From the NCBI RefSeq assembly GCF_001194135.2, contig NC_068984.1:36995971-37059970 (forward strand): a stretch of 64,000 bases of DNA. Reading direction: 5' to 3'. The position numbers and the translations under genes are program-made. Origin of the DNA: Octopus bimaculoides. Lineage: Eukaryota. How positions within the stretch are numbered: the first letter of the stretch is position 1; each line of letters opens with the position of its first letter. The notes beneath the pieces were generated by a model. It was not told the origin of the DNA, ran no database searches, and saw nothing but the letters and a program-made list of their open reading frames with translations. This document shows positions 38,801-53,230 of the stretch, in pieces.

Positions 38801-39089
38801 GCATTTTTTGTATGTGTGTGCTTTTTTTTAGGGGGGATTACAAACTCTCCTTGGTATTGTATTGTGTCAGTTTGTTTTATTATGGGGACTGGTTGCACTA
38901 CTTTGTTGTATTAACGTTTGTATTTTATGTCGTATGTGTGTAATGTGAATTATGTTCTTCTGTTGGATATCCGGCCTGTAGAATACATGTGGTGGTTGTT
39001 TATTTTATCGGATATTTATTATAAAGAGTGCGTCTTGTGTTTCTGAGCTGTTTTGTTTGGGTTGTATTATTGAATTGACAGTGTCTTGC

Positions 39090-40140
39090 GCAGGATGTGA
39101 GCTTTTCTTAGTAGGGCTATTTCTTAGATAGTGTGCCGTGTTGAGTTTCTGCGTTTCTGTTCAGACGTTTTTTATTGTATCATACTCAATGCTCCAATTA
39201 TTGCTGGTGTTATTTTCACCTCCATGCTCCACGTATTCATAACTTAAATTTCGAGGTCTTTGTGCTTTAACAATTTCTACACTTCTTTTGGGGCAATATT
39301 TTGGTCAGAAGGGAGAACAATTTCTATCAGTAAGCATGTATTTCCTCGCCAATCCTTGATTATTATGTCTAGGTGAGTAGCTTCTCTTTCTATCCCAGAT
39401 GATTGTGGCCTGAACGTTGTTATGTATCTCCTTTGGTACATGTTCATATCATTTCTTGTTATTTTTTATGTTGTAGTGTTAGCGTATTGTCCAGTGAATA
39501 TAACTACTTACTCAGTCGTATTTGTATATATATTCAGATTTGGCAAGGACTGGACAGCCCGAGATTATGTGGTCAACTGTCTCATTGTGTTGGTTGCATA
39601 TTCTGCATTTGGTGTTAAGACCTGTTTCCATTATTTTGCGTTTATAGTTGTTTGTTGCCAGGCATTGGTCTTGTGCAGCGAGAATCAGTCCTCCCGCTTC
39701 AACTTTTAATCCACTGTTTTATGAGACACTGTTGGCCTTTACTTAGGCTCACTTCTCTGTCAAGCTTTGCAAGGTATTGGCCACGAAGTAATTTTTGCCT
39801 CCATTTCCTCTTTAGTATTTTTTGTAGTTCGATTTTCATGTTTTCTTTTTTTTTTATCCCTTTGACCATTTCTGCTGTCTTGTCCTTTGAGATTAGTGTA
39901 TCAGTAGTATGTTTTTGTTTTATAATTTGTCGCATCCTTGTGCATAGGGAAAAGAATTTTCTTTTTTATTGTGTTATTTTATAACATGTAGTAGTCCCTG
40001 CTTTTTGTTTCTCAGTACTTTTCTCGTCCAAATGTTGTTATTTTATAGCAGTTCTTTATCTGTGTCAGGCCACGAGATCCTTCTTAGTGAGAAAGATATA
40101 TACTGTTTGTGCCTGATTTGGAGTGGTGACTCCCGTTTAA
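39090..40140 (-). mobile_element. R4/Dong-like 3' fragment, upstream of and in tandem with 38310-38800
   Basis: KRKWRQKLLRGQY, SGLKVEAGGLILAAQDQCL, DIIIKDWRGNTCLLIEIVLPSDQNIAPKEV*KLLKHKDLEI. Confidence 0.85.
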
Positions 40141-42384
40141 CGTAAACAGTCTCCTGAGTTTTCTAAGTTTCTCAATTCCCCGATCTTCCAGTTTATTATG
40201 TTAAAGTTGTAACTTATGATTGGTATCACTATTATGATTATTATTATTATCTTTATTCAAAAATAGTTAATAGCGTCAGAAGCATTATTAATGCCAAAAG
40301 GTAATCTTCATCTCCAAATCAATGCAGAAGTTGTGATAGAACACTGAATTCTACGTTATTTACCTTGAGAGGACTTCTCATATGGACACATAGTGCATAA
40401 AGCACTCGTAATTATATGGCTGACAGACGAGAACCGTCTGCTATAGCCGCTATAACAGCTAGATCACGTGATTTCACCCTGCTATGGGTTCGTCATTGAC
40501 ACATGTACAACACCACAGGTCCTTATGAGATATCTGCTCGAGGTAAAGATTACGGTATTCTGTGTTCTAGCACAATCTCCACATTAAGATGGAGATCAAG
40601 ATTAACTTTAGCATTAAGACAGCTTCTGTCGCTATCAGTCTTTAATAAGCCCACTGGCTATTTGCGATACCAGTGCTTGAATAGACACTGATATTTTATA
40701 TATCGATGACGGGAGATCTGGTTGTTATGCTGCTGCTGGACAATAAGCCTACCTTCTTTCTCCCTTCAAAATCCAACTTCTTTCTCATAGACTGTTGTGG
40801 TATGAAAGAAGTTTGGTTTAAACGTGAGAAAGTTGGCAGGCATAATGTCACCAACACCTCATAAAAGATATAATATTTGTATGTACATTTTAAGAAGTCA
40901 GTCACCAGATATACAAATTTTATAACATTAAATACTATAGCGTATTTTCTACTACAGAGAATGCATTTACTTTACTCCATTCAGTTCAAATAATATCTTG
41001 AAACTCTACTCCACTACAGTTTGATAATATAATACTCAGTTCACATATTTGCACATCATTGCATGGCATCTCCATGTTTTTTTTTTTAGATCAAGTATGG
41101 AATGCAAAGTAATCCTACATTTACACAGTACACGTATCACTGACTTAGTTGAAAGAATGTCTCACATAATAGAATTAAAATATGTAATACTGTGTAGCAT
41201 ATATACACAGGTGCAACTGATAAATTTCCCATTGCAAGGAACGACTAAATAAAAGCAGTAAAATAAATAATCCAATACATAATTAGAATTTGTACTCACA
41301 GATATTCGTGACTTTTTATAGTTTTCACAGCAGCATATGCGGTGAAAATTGATTATAGCTTATGGACATTGTAATAAACAGATCGGTTTTTAAGTATGAA
41401 AATAAATGCGAAACTGAGTTGCTGTATTACTAACTAGAGTAGGCTGTTATAGAATCATGAGAGAAATACAGAGAAACAAGACCTACAGGAGAATGTGGGT
41501 GTAAAATAGATAGTAAATTATCACATCGAAGTCAAAATATAATCAAAATAGCTCAAGATCTGTACCAATAAAAATAAAATACTCTGATAAATAGGCCCAT
41601 ATTATAGAATGGAGGAAGGGTAATAATTAAAGCTTAAGTGACAAATAATAATATCAATCTATTTTGATACAATATTCTTACAAAAATATCGTATCTGGGG
41701 AAATATAGGGAAATATAATTTAATCATGAGATTAAGAGATCAACATTAAGTGCTTTAAAACAACAACAGTTTCAATAGCAAAATTGTCGCTTCGTTCTTA
41801 CTAATTTCCGATACCGAATCCTACAATAGTTACCCTGCAATTTCTATCGAAAGAGAAATATTCAAATCAATGTTTACAAAGGTATGACGAGTGTTTAGAA
41901 ACACTTCATTTATGAAATGAACGTTTTAAAAAAATCTACTTTTATCAACACATAATATTTTCCTATATCTGGTTTGTGAAATAAGATCGTAATAAACTAT
42001 CACGGTAAGTCAAATGCATTTTATTTGAAACAAAAATACTAACATAATGCGCTCATTTTTCTTTTCATATAAAGGTTCTAAAGCTCTGAGTGTAACATTA
42101 TTCAAATACTTAGTGCGAAATTAATTGATAAGCACTTGTAAGAGAAAAAGAGGATACAAGGTATTTTTGTTACCAAGGTGAACTAACCGATGACATCATA
42201 GAATTCTAATAACCATATTAAATAATAGATTTCTTTGAATATGTATACAGACACAGGATGATTGTATTATTTTCCAGCTGCCCGTATATACATGTGTATT
42301 TGCATATATTTGAACTCTGTTTAAAAATTACACATTTTCCCTCTTCATGTATATAAATTTAGCAGTTGTACATCTGTTAGTGCA

Positions 42385-42600
42385 GGCGCCTGGCTTAGTG
42401 GTTAGGGTGTTGGATTCATGATCGAAAGATTGTGGTTCCAATTCTTGGACCGGTGACGTGTTGTGTTTTTAAGCAAAACACTTCATTTCATGTTGCTCCA
42501 GACAACTCAGCTGGCAAAAATGAGTAATCCTGCGACGGACCCTCGCCCCGTCCAGGTGGGGAATATATACGTCATGGCAACCGGCCCTGAATCGGTATGA
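42385..42600 (+). mobile_element. tRNA-derived SINE with a V-domain-like body
   Basis: A box TGGCTTAGTGG (42391-42401), B-box-like GGTTCCAATTC, then GTGTTTTTAAGCAAAACACTT...TGCTCC. The V-like label is from memory. Confidence 0.75.
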
Positions 42601-42734
42601 CATAATAATCTTACAAAAATATACACACCACCAGTCTCTCCAGATCTTTCTATTTCATCTGACTTGTAAAACGGGTGACATAAATTCAAACAAATTCTCA
42701 GAAAGAATTTAGGTACATTTTAATTTTTACTTAT

Positions 42735-42771
<37 letters not shown>

Positions 42772-42840
42772 GTAAGTATGTATACTCATGAGTGTACAAA
42801 TGTATGCACGCATGTGAGCTTGGATATTCTTTTCTATTCT

Positions 42841-43243
42841 AGGCACAATACCCGAAATTTTGGGGGAGAGGGCCAGTCGATTAGATCAACGTCAAAGCGC
42901 GACTGGCATTTCATCCGAAAGGATGAGGAACAAAGTCGACCTCGGCAGAATTTGAACTCAGATCATAAAGACATTTACCGCTAAGCATTTCGCCCGGCAT
43001 GCGAACGTTTCTTATTTTTTTATTGCCCGCAAGGGGCTAAACATAGAGGAGACAAACAAGGGCTGATAAAGGGATTAAGTCGATTACATTGACCCCAGTG
43101 GGTAACTGGTACTTAATTTATCGATCCGGAAAGGATGAAAGGCAAAGTCGATCTCAGCGGAATTTGAACGCAGAACGTAACGGCAGACGAAATACCGCTA
43201 AGCATTTTGACCCACACGCTAACGTTTCTGCCAGCTCGCCGCC
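42841..43243 (-). mobile_element. Two nested or tandem Meta/MESC-like SINEs with different 3' tails
   Basis: Copy A 42841-43012 is cut at AACGTTTCT. Copy B 43013-43243 has a complete head ...GCCAGCTCGCCGCC. AACGTTTCT occurs at 43004-43012 and 43221-43229. Confidence 0.85.
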
Positions 43244-45881
43244 TTCGTGTAAGCTTGGATATTATCTCATCTGTGGATCTCTATGATTTCACTTACATGT
43301 ATTTACACATGCGTATGCCAGTGTACAAGAAAGTATATGAATTTATTACATGATTAACTTCTAGATTGTATTACGTATGGCCACTGTCAGTAATCTCTTA
43401 TGTCAGCAGTGCTTTCCTATGTTAGTATATTCTACAAAATTCCATTATTAATTACCAATTTACCTTTGAAGAACCTCAATATCACTTACTAAGTGACGAA
43501 AATAAAATTTGAGGTTTTCAATTCCTTTCAAAGTGAGTAAAACAAAACAGCTGACTTATACTTAATCTACCAGTTGCGCAGACATTTGATGGTTGAAAAG
43601 ATTCAGAACTGTATTTGGTGTGCGAAGGGATTTTGCAGTGCCACTCACTTTCATTCCAGAAGCATTCAAGGAATGGTTGCGGTCTTATTATTGATTGCAT
43701 TTACTTCTTTTCAGTTATTCTTATTGACTATCTAACGATCTTCGTGTTAATTTGATTTATTACGGTTCAAGTTCGATTTTCACAAACGAGTAACATAGTC
43801 AGTTGGTTTCAACTTTATTGTATCAGAACTAATGATTCGATCCAATGAAAACCTACAATGCAGTTATTTAACTTGCTAGACCTAACAAGTATTCTTCAAA
43901 AGACTTTCGTTCAACTCAATCACAAACGAGACGGGATTTCACAGTAACACTAACAATGAATTGTTTGACTTCATAAATATTGAAACCAAACGAATCTTAT
44001 TTCACGATAAAAAGATTAAAGGCAAGTGAATCTTCCCGATATTTGGATGTAGGTTTGAGAACAATGGAAACATAATAGCCGCGGCACTGCGTAATTTTTC
44101 TACTCCTCTTGCATGTTCCAATATTAAAGCTGATTGTGTAACTTTTTACAAATGTGTTAGTAAACTAACGTGCAAAAAACTCAAAATCTGTGTTCATAAT
44201 CTAAAAGTGCATGGAAATACATCTGTGCAAAGCATTTTGTGTGGTGCAATATTATTCTACCAGTCCACTGCTCATTCTCTTATATTTGATCATTCGGTGA
44301 TGCACTGCATGAGAGTTTTATTTTATGTATGGTTTTTCTTTATTTCAATTAAATGAGGTCAAGCTAACTACAATACGTTATTCTGAGAATGAATGAAGAT
44401 ATTCTATTCGCGAAAATATGATTTGGTTGCTCTGTTCTGAACTATATCTGTGAATTTCAGTAAGATATTGTCGGGATTGAAACAGTAACGTCGTTGTGAA
44501 ATATGAACAAATACATTAAAATTCAACGAATGCGAACCATTGTTAAATCATCAAAATTTTAACAAAAGTCAAACAGAAGGTATTTAGTCAAGTGAAAATT
44601 AACTTGCATATTTTAACTGAATGATAGAAATCAATTCAGTGTTTAATACCCTTCATGAATCGCCATCGTTTCAGATCAATGAAATTTGCTACACTTCATT
44701 AATTATCAAGTGAATTAGATGAGGCCTTTATTGGAATTCTTTGAGTAATCTAATATTTAAATCTTCACTAGTGGTTAGTATACAAATATCATAATTTAAC
44801 CAAAGACTCATTTTCGCTAATTTCTAATCAAGAAAGTATTGTGTTCAATACTCTTTGAAAATGTCTGGTTTAACAAAATTACATGCTTGATAGATCCGGT
44901 TTGATTCCTTTCAATTTAGAATGTTATATTCTTGTTGATAAAATTATTCAGCGACATATTAGCATACTGATAATGTAAAGTATTTATGACATCGAAGACG
45001 ATAATTATTCCCCCTTCATCAAGAGATGTGGTGTTAAACACAGTGTTAGAAATCGGACTTATATTTTGTAGGGCATTTAGTTCTGTAACTCACCGTTGTT
45101 ATTTCAATTCATTGAAGCATCGCTTTTGTCTTGTTGCACAAAAGAGGTTATATCCAGTTTATAACCTCCGATTTAAATGGGTGATTGCATTGGTCTGCCA
45201 AATGGTCACTTTTTTCAGTAATATGTATATACATTGCTTAAACTGATGGCGCTGTAAGTTCGCGTCCCAAACTATTTTGAGTTTATACATTTCAGAGCAA
45301 ATTAGGAAATCGCTAACTAATTTCATTTATTATTTGTATAATAATATTGTGATTAAGTATGTTTAATTTAAAACTGGGATTCAGGCAAAACCTTCCTTTT
45401 GAAAGATACAAGTATTTAAATAAAAGAAGTATCTGGTTCGAAAGATATGAGTATGTAATTTTAGCGAGTTTCATGCGAAGTCACTTGAATAGTCTTTCAA
45501 TGTTTCGAGTCGACAAAACAGCGACGTCTTATTCCTTGTGCTGTGCACACTTGTCATCCATGCCATGGAGAATGCTCTATTTCTACGATTTAATTTGTAC
45601 AACTATTCCAGGCCTCAATTTCTTACTCCATGTTTCACTGTTTTTTTTTTTTTTGTTATCTTAACAGGGTGGACACATACGATTATCTTCCTCCCTCCCT
45701 GTTTCAATGGGTTTGTATTTGAAAGTTGGAGCTCATACATGAAGCTGACTCTAAGAAGCCACCGAGCTGACGCTGCTTTGCAGCACACTCTCCCACTTTG
45801 GTCATTGTCCCTGGATATGCACATATGTATGTGTGTGTGGGGGTGGGGGTGCGTGTGTGTGTGTGTGTGTATGCATATATA

Positions 45882-46240
45882 GGCGAAGTTGCCGATGTGT
45901 GGTAAGAAGCTTGCTTTCCAATCCCCAAGTTCAGTGCCACAGTGTGGCACAATGGACAAATGTCTTCTACTGTAGCCTCGGGACGACCAAAGCATTGTGA
46001 ATGGATTTCGTGGGCGAAAACTGAAAGAATCCTGTAATATGTGCGTGTGTATGTTTATGTGTGTGTGTGGCTGTGTTTGTCCCCCAACCAACGCTTGACA
46101 ATCGATACTAGTGTGTTTATATTCCCGTAAATTATCGGTTTGGCTAAAGAGAACGTTAGAATAATTACTAGGTTTACAAAGAAAAGTCTTGCTGTCGATG
46201 TATTCCACTTTGAGGAGGTGATCTAGCAAGTAAAAGAATA
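45882..46240 (+). mobile_element. tRNA SINE with an internal (TG)n tract
   Basis: Head ..TGTGTGGTAAGAAGCTTGCTT..GTTCAGTGCCAC, body GTCTTCTACTGTAGCCTCGGG.CGACCAAAGC, internal TG run, tail CAAGTAAAAGAATA. Confidence 0.8.
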
Positions 46241-46263
46241 TGTGTGAGTGGGCGTGTGTGTGT

Positions 46264-46306
<43 letters not shown>

Positions 46307-46519
46307 TGAGTGTCTGTGTCTGTGTGTGTCTGTGTCTGTGTGTGTGTGTCTGTGTCTCTGTGTCTGTGTCTTTGTCTGTGTCAGCGTGAGTGCGTATTCA
46401 GTGGTATTGCGAAAAGCCTCTCAGCTGAATAGACGTGATTTGGTACAACTCTATATGAAATAAAGTAGTATTCAATTACATTAGCCTAGACATCTATATT
46501 TCATATTTAATGTATGCTA

Positions 46520-47910
46520 CCAGCAAAGATTTTCTTCCATGTTTTCTAGACATCGAAGGCGACAATCTCGTCAAAGCACGGCGATGTCTGTAACTGCACA
46601 GCATTGATTAGGATCAACAACTTAACAAGGTCAAAATGCATTCGGTCATCTAGCTAGTCGCAGCTGGGACGATTTTCGCAGGCATTGAAACTCTCTTTAC
46701 TCGAGTACAGGTTCCAAATCCTCTTTCTGACACCCTTCATTAGTTTCTTGAACACAATTGGTGAGTAGCAGGGTGTTGCGTTAATTTACGGCTGCTTTTA
46801 GTTCGTTCTATGGAAAGGCCAACATCTACCCAGGTCCAGCATAAGATCTAAGAAGTTAACAACTGTAAGATTGACCTCAGTTGTAATCATAATACCAAAA
46901 AGCCAAGCGTGCGAATTGAGTCCTTTCTAAGCTAATCTAGTGTGTACCCGTTACCGCCTTTAAATAGAGCTAAAGCGTCTTCTCTATATAGACCAATCAG
47001 GATTATGAGATCCTTTCCGGCAAGGTGTCCAGTATATATGATCCTGTGAGGTCGCAGGTATCCGCGCTGTCAGAGTCTCTCATTGCCACATCGAAGGAGC
47101 CTAGTGAACTTTTTTGTTTGACCCAGGCTTAACCTTTATTGAAAAGTAGCGTTTTCTTAGTGTGCAGCGTTACATCTATATTCATGTCACTAACGTGAAT
47201 AAAATTCCTAGCGAACAAAAGCGCCTTAACTAGTAACGCTTTTGATATAGCTGGATAAAAATCTACTATATTAAATTGGGTGAATGTTACCCTTACTCTT
47301 TCCTGGTTAGCTTAAACTTTGAAATAACTTTGTTGGTATTACGCCATAAGGATAGACTGGATGTCCTTTATCTTTCTCCGTACATGCTTGCTCGCCAGTC
47401 CCAATTCCGATTTAGCTAGGTTAATCAGGTAAAACTTGGGGCTGGAGGCAAAGTTTGGTTTGTGGACGTTCCATCTTATCGGCTATCTCTTGACTGTTGG
47501 CTAACAGTCTGGCTGCGTTGCATATATCATTGTAGGTGTGGGGGAAGACCGTCTATAATTGTGTGTGGTGTTATTCTATAACAGCCTATCCTATGCGCAG
47601 ATGACTATATAGTTCTCTTGTTTAATCAGAAACCAGTAAGGCCCTATACGAATATTTTAGTTGACGTATATGGGAAGAAAGCTTGATGTCACAAGGGTTA
47701 GAAAACTTACGGAATACGTTTTGGGGATGACAGCCAGTAGGGCTGACGCAAAGGCCTCACGCCGTTGATCTTGAGTGGAAACCTAGAGTTGATATTGTAA
47801 AAGCTTCACGAGTGCTCTGGCTTGGTCATAGAAGCATGCGTTCTGACTCAAGTACCAGAACGCTCGATAATATCCTCGAGTAGCATCCTCGTGTAGAGCT
47901 CATTTGATGG
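46520..47910 (-). mobile_element. Penelope-like element (PLE) reverse transcriptase, decayed
   Basis: HKPNFASSPKFYLINLAKSELGLASKH, FTQFNIVDFYPAISKALL, KKTLLFNKG*AWVK, FDVAMRDSDSADTCDLTG, GLYREDALA (decayed YRDD). Confidence 0.9.
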
Positions 47911-47969
47911 TGCGGGTATTTTTTTTTTTTTAGTAACCAAGATCGTTAATTCTATCGGATCTATGAACT

Positions 47970-48520
47970 AGTGACTGATTCTTACCCCTCCCCCACTTCC
48001 TGTGGTAGAATGTATTGTAATAGGCCATCATCTGGTTTGTACTGTATAGCTGCCCCGCCGGTTGTACGCATATACATAGTCACGAAATTTACTCTCATTT
48101 CGGACATGGTATTATTCGATCTTGGTTACTCAACGAAACATAACTTTGCGTAAATTCTATGCATATGAATTAGTATTTATTTATATTTAACTGGACTGTT
48201 GTCTTCACAAAACATTAAAAAATCTGCAGAGTTTTCGATACCAGCCAGGTGTTCATTAAGTGTCTCCCTTCAATACATGATTGCTGTAACACTGGAAATT
48301 TGTGCAAATTCTTGACTGAACATAAGAGTATGTAGGTATTTTCCGAAGGCTATCAAACACTCCTTGTTATCTTCTTTGCTATTTGAACTTTAAACCGATG
48401 TAAGCTTTGTCAGAGAGTGTCAGCGGTCTTCGGTAAATCGGTAAACAATATGGCAATGCGCACTTCAGCACGTTTATAACCTCAGCTACTGAACTTCTTG
48501 TACGAATTATTGTAGAGAAG
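47970..48520 (-). mobile_element. L1/Tx1-like RT remnant
   Basis: RPLTLSDKAY (cf. WRPITLLN.DY), QQSCIEGRHL (cf. QTGF..GR.I), ICIEFTQSYVSL (cf. IDFEKAFDSL), GVR-like end. Confidence 0.45.
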
Positions 48521-50042
48521 TTTATCTAAACTCAAAATGGACATATTTTATAAGTTTTCTAGTCTCTCACTTTCGAAACTAACCGACAAAATAACTCATC
48601 TATAACTATTAGTAGTAATACGTAACGAGTTATATTGCTTACTCTGCATGTACAAACATATAATAACGGAAAAATTGTACAAATGATATATGTCTCTGAT
48701 CTTCATGCAAATGTTTTTTTATTTTATTTTATCGCCTGACGATTATCTGAGATTCCTAGATATGAATCTTTGAATCAGATCTATTATAACTAACGGACTA
48801 TATTACAAAATATTTCATTATGCAATGTGTTGAGTATTCTGATTTTGATTGCATAAATTACTGTCCCCTATTAAACATGCGCATATATGTGTGTACGTGT
48901 GTGCGAGTGTTTTATTTAGATACCGATCGATCTGAAACAGTTAAATATTTAATCTTATCCAGGAAATTGGTACATTAAGATTTGAGATCTGAGCGGTTCA
49001 CTTCAGTAAAAAAGCTAAAATGAAAACATGTTTCTTCTCGAGGTAATCGTTATGTGTCAGGTAAAAGACAATAAATAGTAGCGATAGCTGCTGTAATTGA
49101 AATTATCAACCGAACGAAAACACACGCAATAAATGTGCATCTCTTTAACTATTTGCATAATTCTCTCTAATTGAAGCTCAATAAAAACACAAATCACGAA
49201 GAAACACACCATCTTTGGACATTCTGGCCACAAGTGCTTATTAAAAACCAAATATGAACTGATTGTACATAATCTTCAAAGCATCCTCCGAAACCGCCTT
49301 CTTATTACACAAATTTCTTCCTTCAATGTATGTGAGTCATTATCTACGTGTCTGTAATTCATTCCCGCTTTCACTCTCTTTCTCTCTCTCTCTGTCTGTC
49401 TCTTTCTTTCTCTTATCTTTTTCTCTCTCCGTCTCTGCCACTGATATTCTATCATTTCTTCTAAGGCTATAATTTATAGCGTTTTATTTTTCATCTCAAC
49501 ACATAATATTATACGCTCCTTAACTTAATCCTATGCTTTGAGGTATATTTTATTTCCAAAAGCAAAGATTTAATTAGCCTTGTAGGATTTGTTTTTGTTA
49601 TATTGGTAGTTAAAAGAACCAAACCATGGATACGATATCGTAGGAAATGTCCAATGATTTAAAGATAAGACGTAGGAATGTGTGCGGAGAAATGGCCTTC
49701 ATTCTGAAAGTTAATTCTCTCTCCATTTTCAAGTGTGTTCGTTGATTTGGGTCAATGTGATTTGGAGCAATAAATTTTAAATTATATGGCCAACTCTCGA
49801 AATATTACATAAATATTCTGTTGAGAATGGGATTAGAAATTTTAAGATGGTAGATTTCGCAGTGATCGCTGTAGACGTATGTACATGTGCACACCCGCAC
49901 GAACTTATATATACATATATTCATACATACGTGGATACATACATACACGCATATATATACATACATGTATATGCATATATATATACATATATATACATAT
50001 ATATATACACATACATGCACACATACACACAAACATATATAT

Positions 50043-50095
<53 letters not shown>

Positions 50096-50859
50096 CTCAC
50101 ACAAAACACAATTTTATATGGTCGTACCAAGCCATATAAATATATGTGTGCATAAACATTAATTTAGGCACAAGTAGATGCATAAGCATACCGCAAATAC
50201 AAGCACACACAAGCATACGTAAACCCCCACACAAACACGCACATATACGGTGGAGGTGTGTGTTGGGTGAACATCTGTATGTGTCTCTATACCTCTATAT
50301 TTGTATATACATATACATTTACATATTTCCGTGTTTACTAAAGTAATAACAAGGAGATAAAATATAGAGCGGGAGTCTGTCAAACGAAAATAGTATGACG
50401 ATGAATACGTTCGATGGTAGTTTTAACTTATTTATCGAAATATAGTAAATTCAATATATCTATTTTCGATAACAATCTTACGAATGCAGACAATAATTTG
50501 TTAAAACTGCTTCTATAATGTTACCGGAGCATAGGTAATATTTATTGAAATTTGTGAAAATTTGTGGGCTAGATATTATCAGTTAATGATTATTTAATTT
50601 TTATTTTTATTGTTATTATATAATAACATCGCAAAATGTGAACAATAGCATCGTCTGTTACAACTGTTACAAGATTCCAACGACCAATTCACTGACTTGT
50701 CGCATTTCTTGGGGGTAAAGTCAGCCAAGAGAGTGTCATCGGTCTTCGGGTTCACGGTGGTTTCAACGGACATAAGGAGATGTGCCTCTTGCAGCAGCTC
50801 AGACTGACGGACCAATGTAGAACACCACCCTCACTTCCTGCAAATTCGTAGGTTTGGTG

Positions 50860-51750
50860 TCTATTCGTATAAGGCCTCTGTCCGGTTTTATTGCGTTTAG
50901 ACACTTACTTGACCTTAGGCCAGATTCTCAACCTGACACATCCACACTTCTTCGACTGGCTGAACTTGTCTTTTCTCTTAACTGCTTTTCGTTCGTGAGG
51001 GAGTTTTAGCAACAGGTCTCAGAAGTGGCCATGAGAACGAGAATAGGAACCCAACTATGCGAACTTGTTCGTTGGTTATGTTGACGTACAAATATTCTCA
51101 AAATTCACTGGTCTCACTCCCGAGCTTTGCGGTCATTATGTCGATGACTGCATCGGCGTGACCTCAATCCTCCCCGAATATCTGGACTCCTTTCTCTCCT
51201 TTGTCCAATCCTCGAATTCTCCTGCACACCTACGCAGGCTCTGCAGTAACGGCAATGATTTTGAGACTCAGTCACAACTCATGGCTCCCCACTTCACTCT
51301 AAGTAGATATCCCCTGACCACACTGCCCTCGCCCGGGCACGATCTTTCACCTCCCAACCGCCCTACCTTACCCATCTCCCGTATCCTCTTACCTACCACT
51401 ATTCTCCTAGCCCTCTGGCAACTCCAGTCCGACCCATCCACTTCGTACATCTTCCCCAACATATCCCTTCTCTTCTTCAAACCTGCGTGACCGCCTGGTC
51501 CACAGTTTCTTCCCTACCCTTGCCTCCAAACCTGTCTCCTTCCTCTGCCCCCGCTGACATTGTCCCACAGCGCCTACCTCTCCAACAACACCACCCTTAC
51601 TGCCACCTCCTCACTGCCACCATCACCGTCCCTATTACGTCACCGGCTCCTTTACTTGCACCTCTAGTAATGTTATTTACTGCATTTCTTGCTCTCTCTC
51701 TCTCTATCTCTCTCTCTCTCTGTCCCTCCTTGTACATTAGTAAAATCCGT
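50860..51750 (+). mobile_element. Penelope-like element of a second lineage (RT plus GIY-YIG remnant)
   Basis: PDTSTLLRLAELVFSLNCFSF, VAMRTR..PNYANLFVGYVD, HYVDDCIG, then FTCTSSNVIYCISCSL-(CT)n-CPSLYISK (GIY-YIG region). Confidence 0.88.
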
Positions 51751-53230
51751 TGGGTAGTTCTCAAGTTTTAGTGATGCACACATACATACAAACAGACAGA
51801 CAGACAGACAGACACACAGTCTCAATACTCAAGCACAGTACTCGAATACCGGAGGTGGAGTAATTACGACGTGATTTTTATCTATTTCAACACTTGGCCT
51901 CATACATCTCATTTTGCATGTCAAACATGTACCGTTGAATATGTGTGCGTGTGTGTGTGTTTACTTCTGTGCGTGTGAGTGTCTGTGTGCATGTGCGTGT
52001 ATGTGTTTATACCTGTGTATTTGCTTATACATCCATATGCGTGTCTGTGTTTGTTTGTGAGTCTTTTTTTTTCTGTATACGTCTGGGTATCTGTGTTCTT
52101 GCGGATGTGCATTTACTTACAAACACATATATTAACACGTAGCCAATTTTTCTAAAGAGATTACAAAGTGAAGTGTCTAAACCTTTGATAAAACCAAACA
52201 TATGATTGTGTGCGTGTGTGCGTAGGTGTCTGTATGTGAATATGTGTGAGTGTGTGTTTGTGCGTGTATGCGTGAATGAGAAAGAAAGAATGTTTGTAAA
52301 AGATTCGTATAACAATGGTGATCTGGGAAACCTTCCCTCGACCGGGTACTTAAATTAAAATGAATTGCAATTCGGATTCACAAAAATTTATTCCTTTAGA
52401 GGAAAAAAATATATATAATTATAATTTAAAGGAAAAAATAATTCAGATTAATGTTTCTAAATTTTACTGATTTATGAACCTATCATTTAACCAAACTGAT
52501 ACTTCTAGAATATTCACTGATCGATTAATTAGATTAAAAATAACAGTACAATATATATATGTGTATGTGTGTGCGTGTTTTTGCTAATATGTGTTCATAC
52601 AAGTGCAATTTTAACCAATGCTATGTTATGTTACATGCACATAATTTGCATACTAAAATTTTTAGCGTAAATGATTTTTGGCAGAAGACTAATGCTAAAA
52701 CGAATAAGCAAATTTAAAACGTTAAATACAAGCCACGTAACCATTCATGTAAAAATTTCTCCATCAGAAACCACGCTTTGCTACTTGGAATAGAATTTCC
52801 ATCAATTATACCCGAAAATTATAAATCATTTCAAACAATTTACATTTTAATTTATTTCTGCATTTCGTTTCGTACAAGTATCTGCAAAAGGTAACTGGAA
52901 AGAATGGGCATTTATACTTATGTATCAATGTGTATACATACATACATACATACATACATACATACATACATACATACATACACACACACATATATATACT
53001 CACATACATATATATATACTCATATATGTATAAATACATACAGACATACAAACATACATAAGTACATACATACATATATAATCAATGTAAACAGCAGGTT
53101 GTAATGTTTCACCAAAAAAGTGAATTATAATTATCACTAAATATGACTAAGGCGTTAAAAAAACACCTACATTGCTAGAAATAATAGCTAAAATGCTTTA
53201 ATGCCGTATTTCATGGATGAAAATATACAT

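Noticed and set aside
40700-40870. LLLDNK-containing frame (pogo-like?) or minus-strand exon with AAG|GTAGGC donor
   Set aside because: No second supporting motif and no acceptable acceptor site.
45243-45280. CTGATGG-CGC...GCG..CAAAC hammerhead-like motif
   Set aside because: Two core substitutions and no stems I or III; could be chance.
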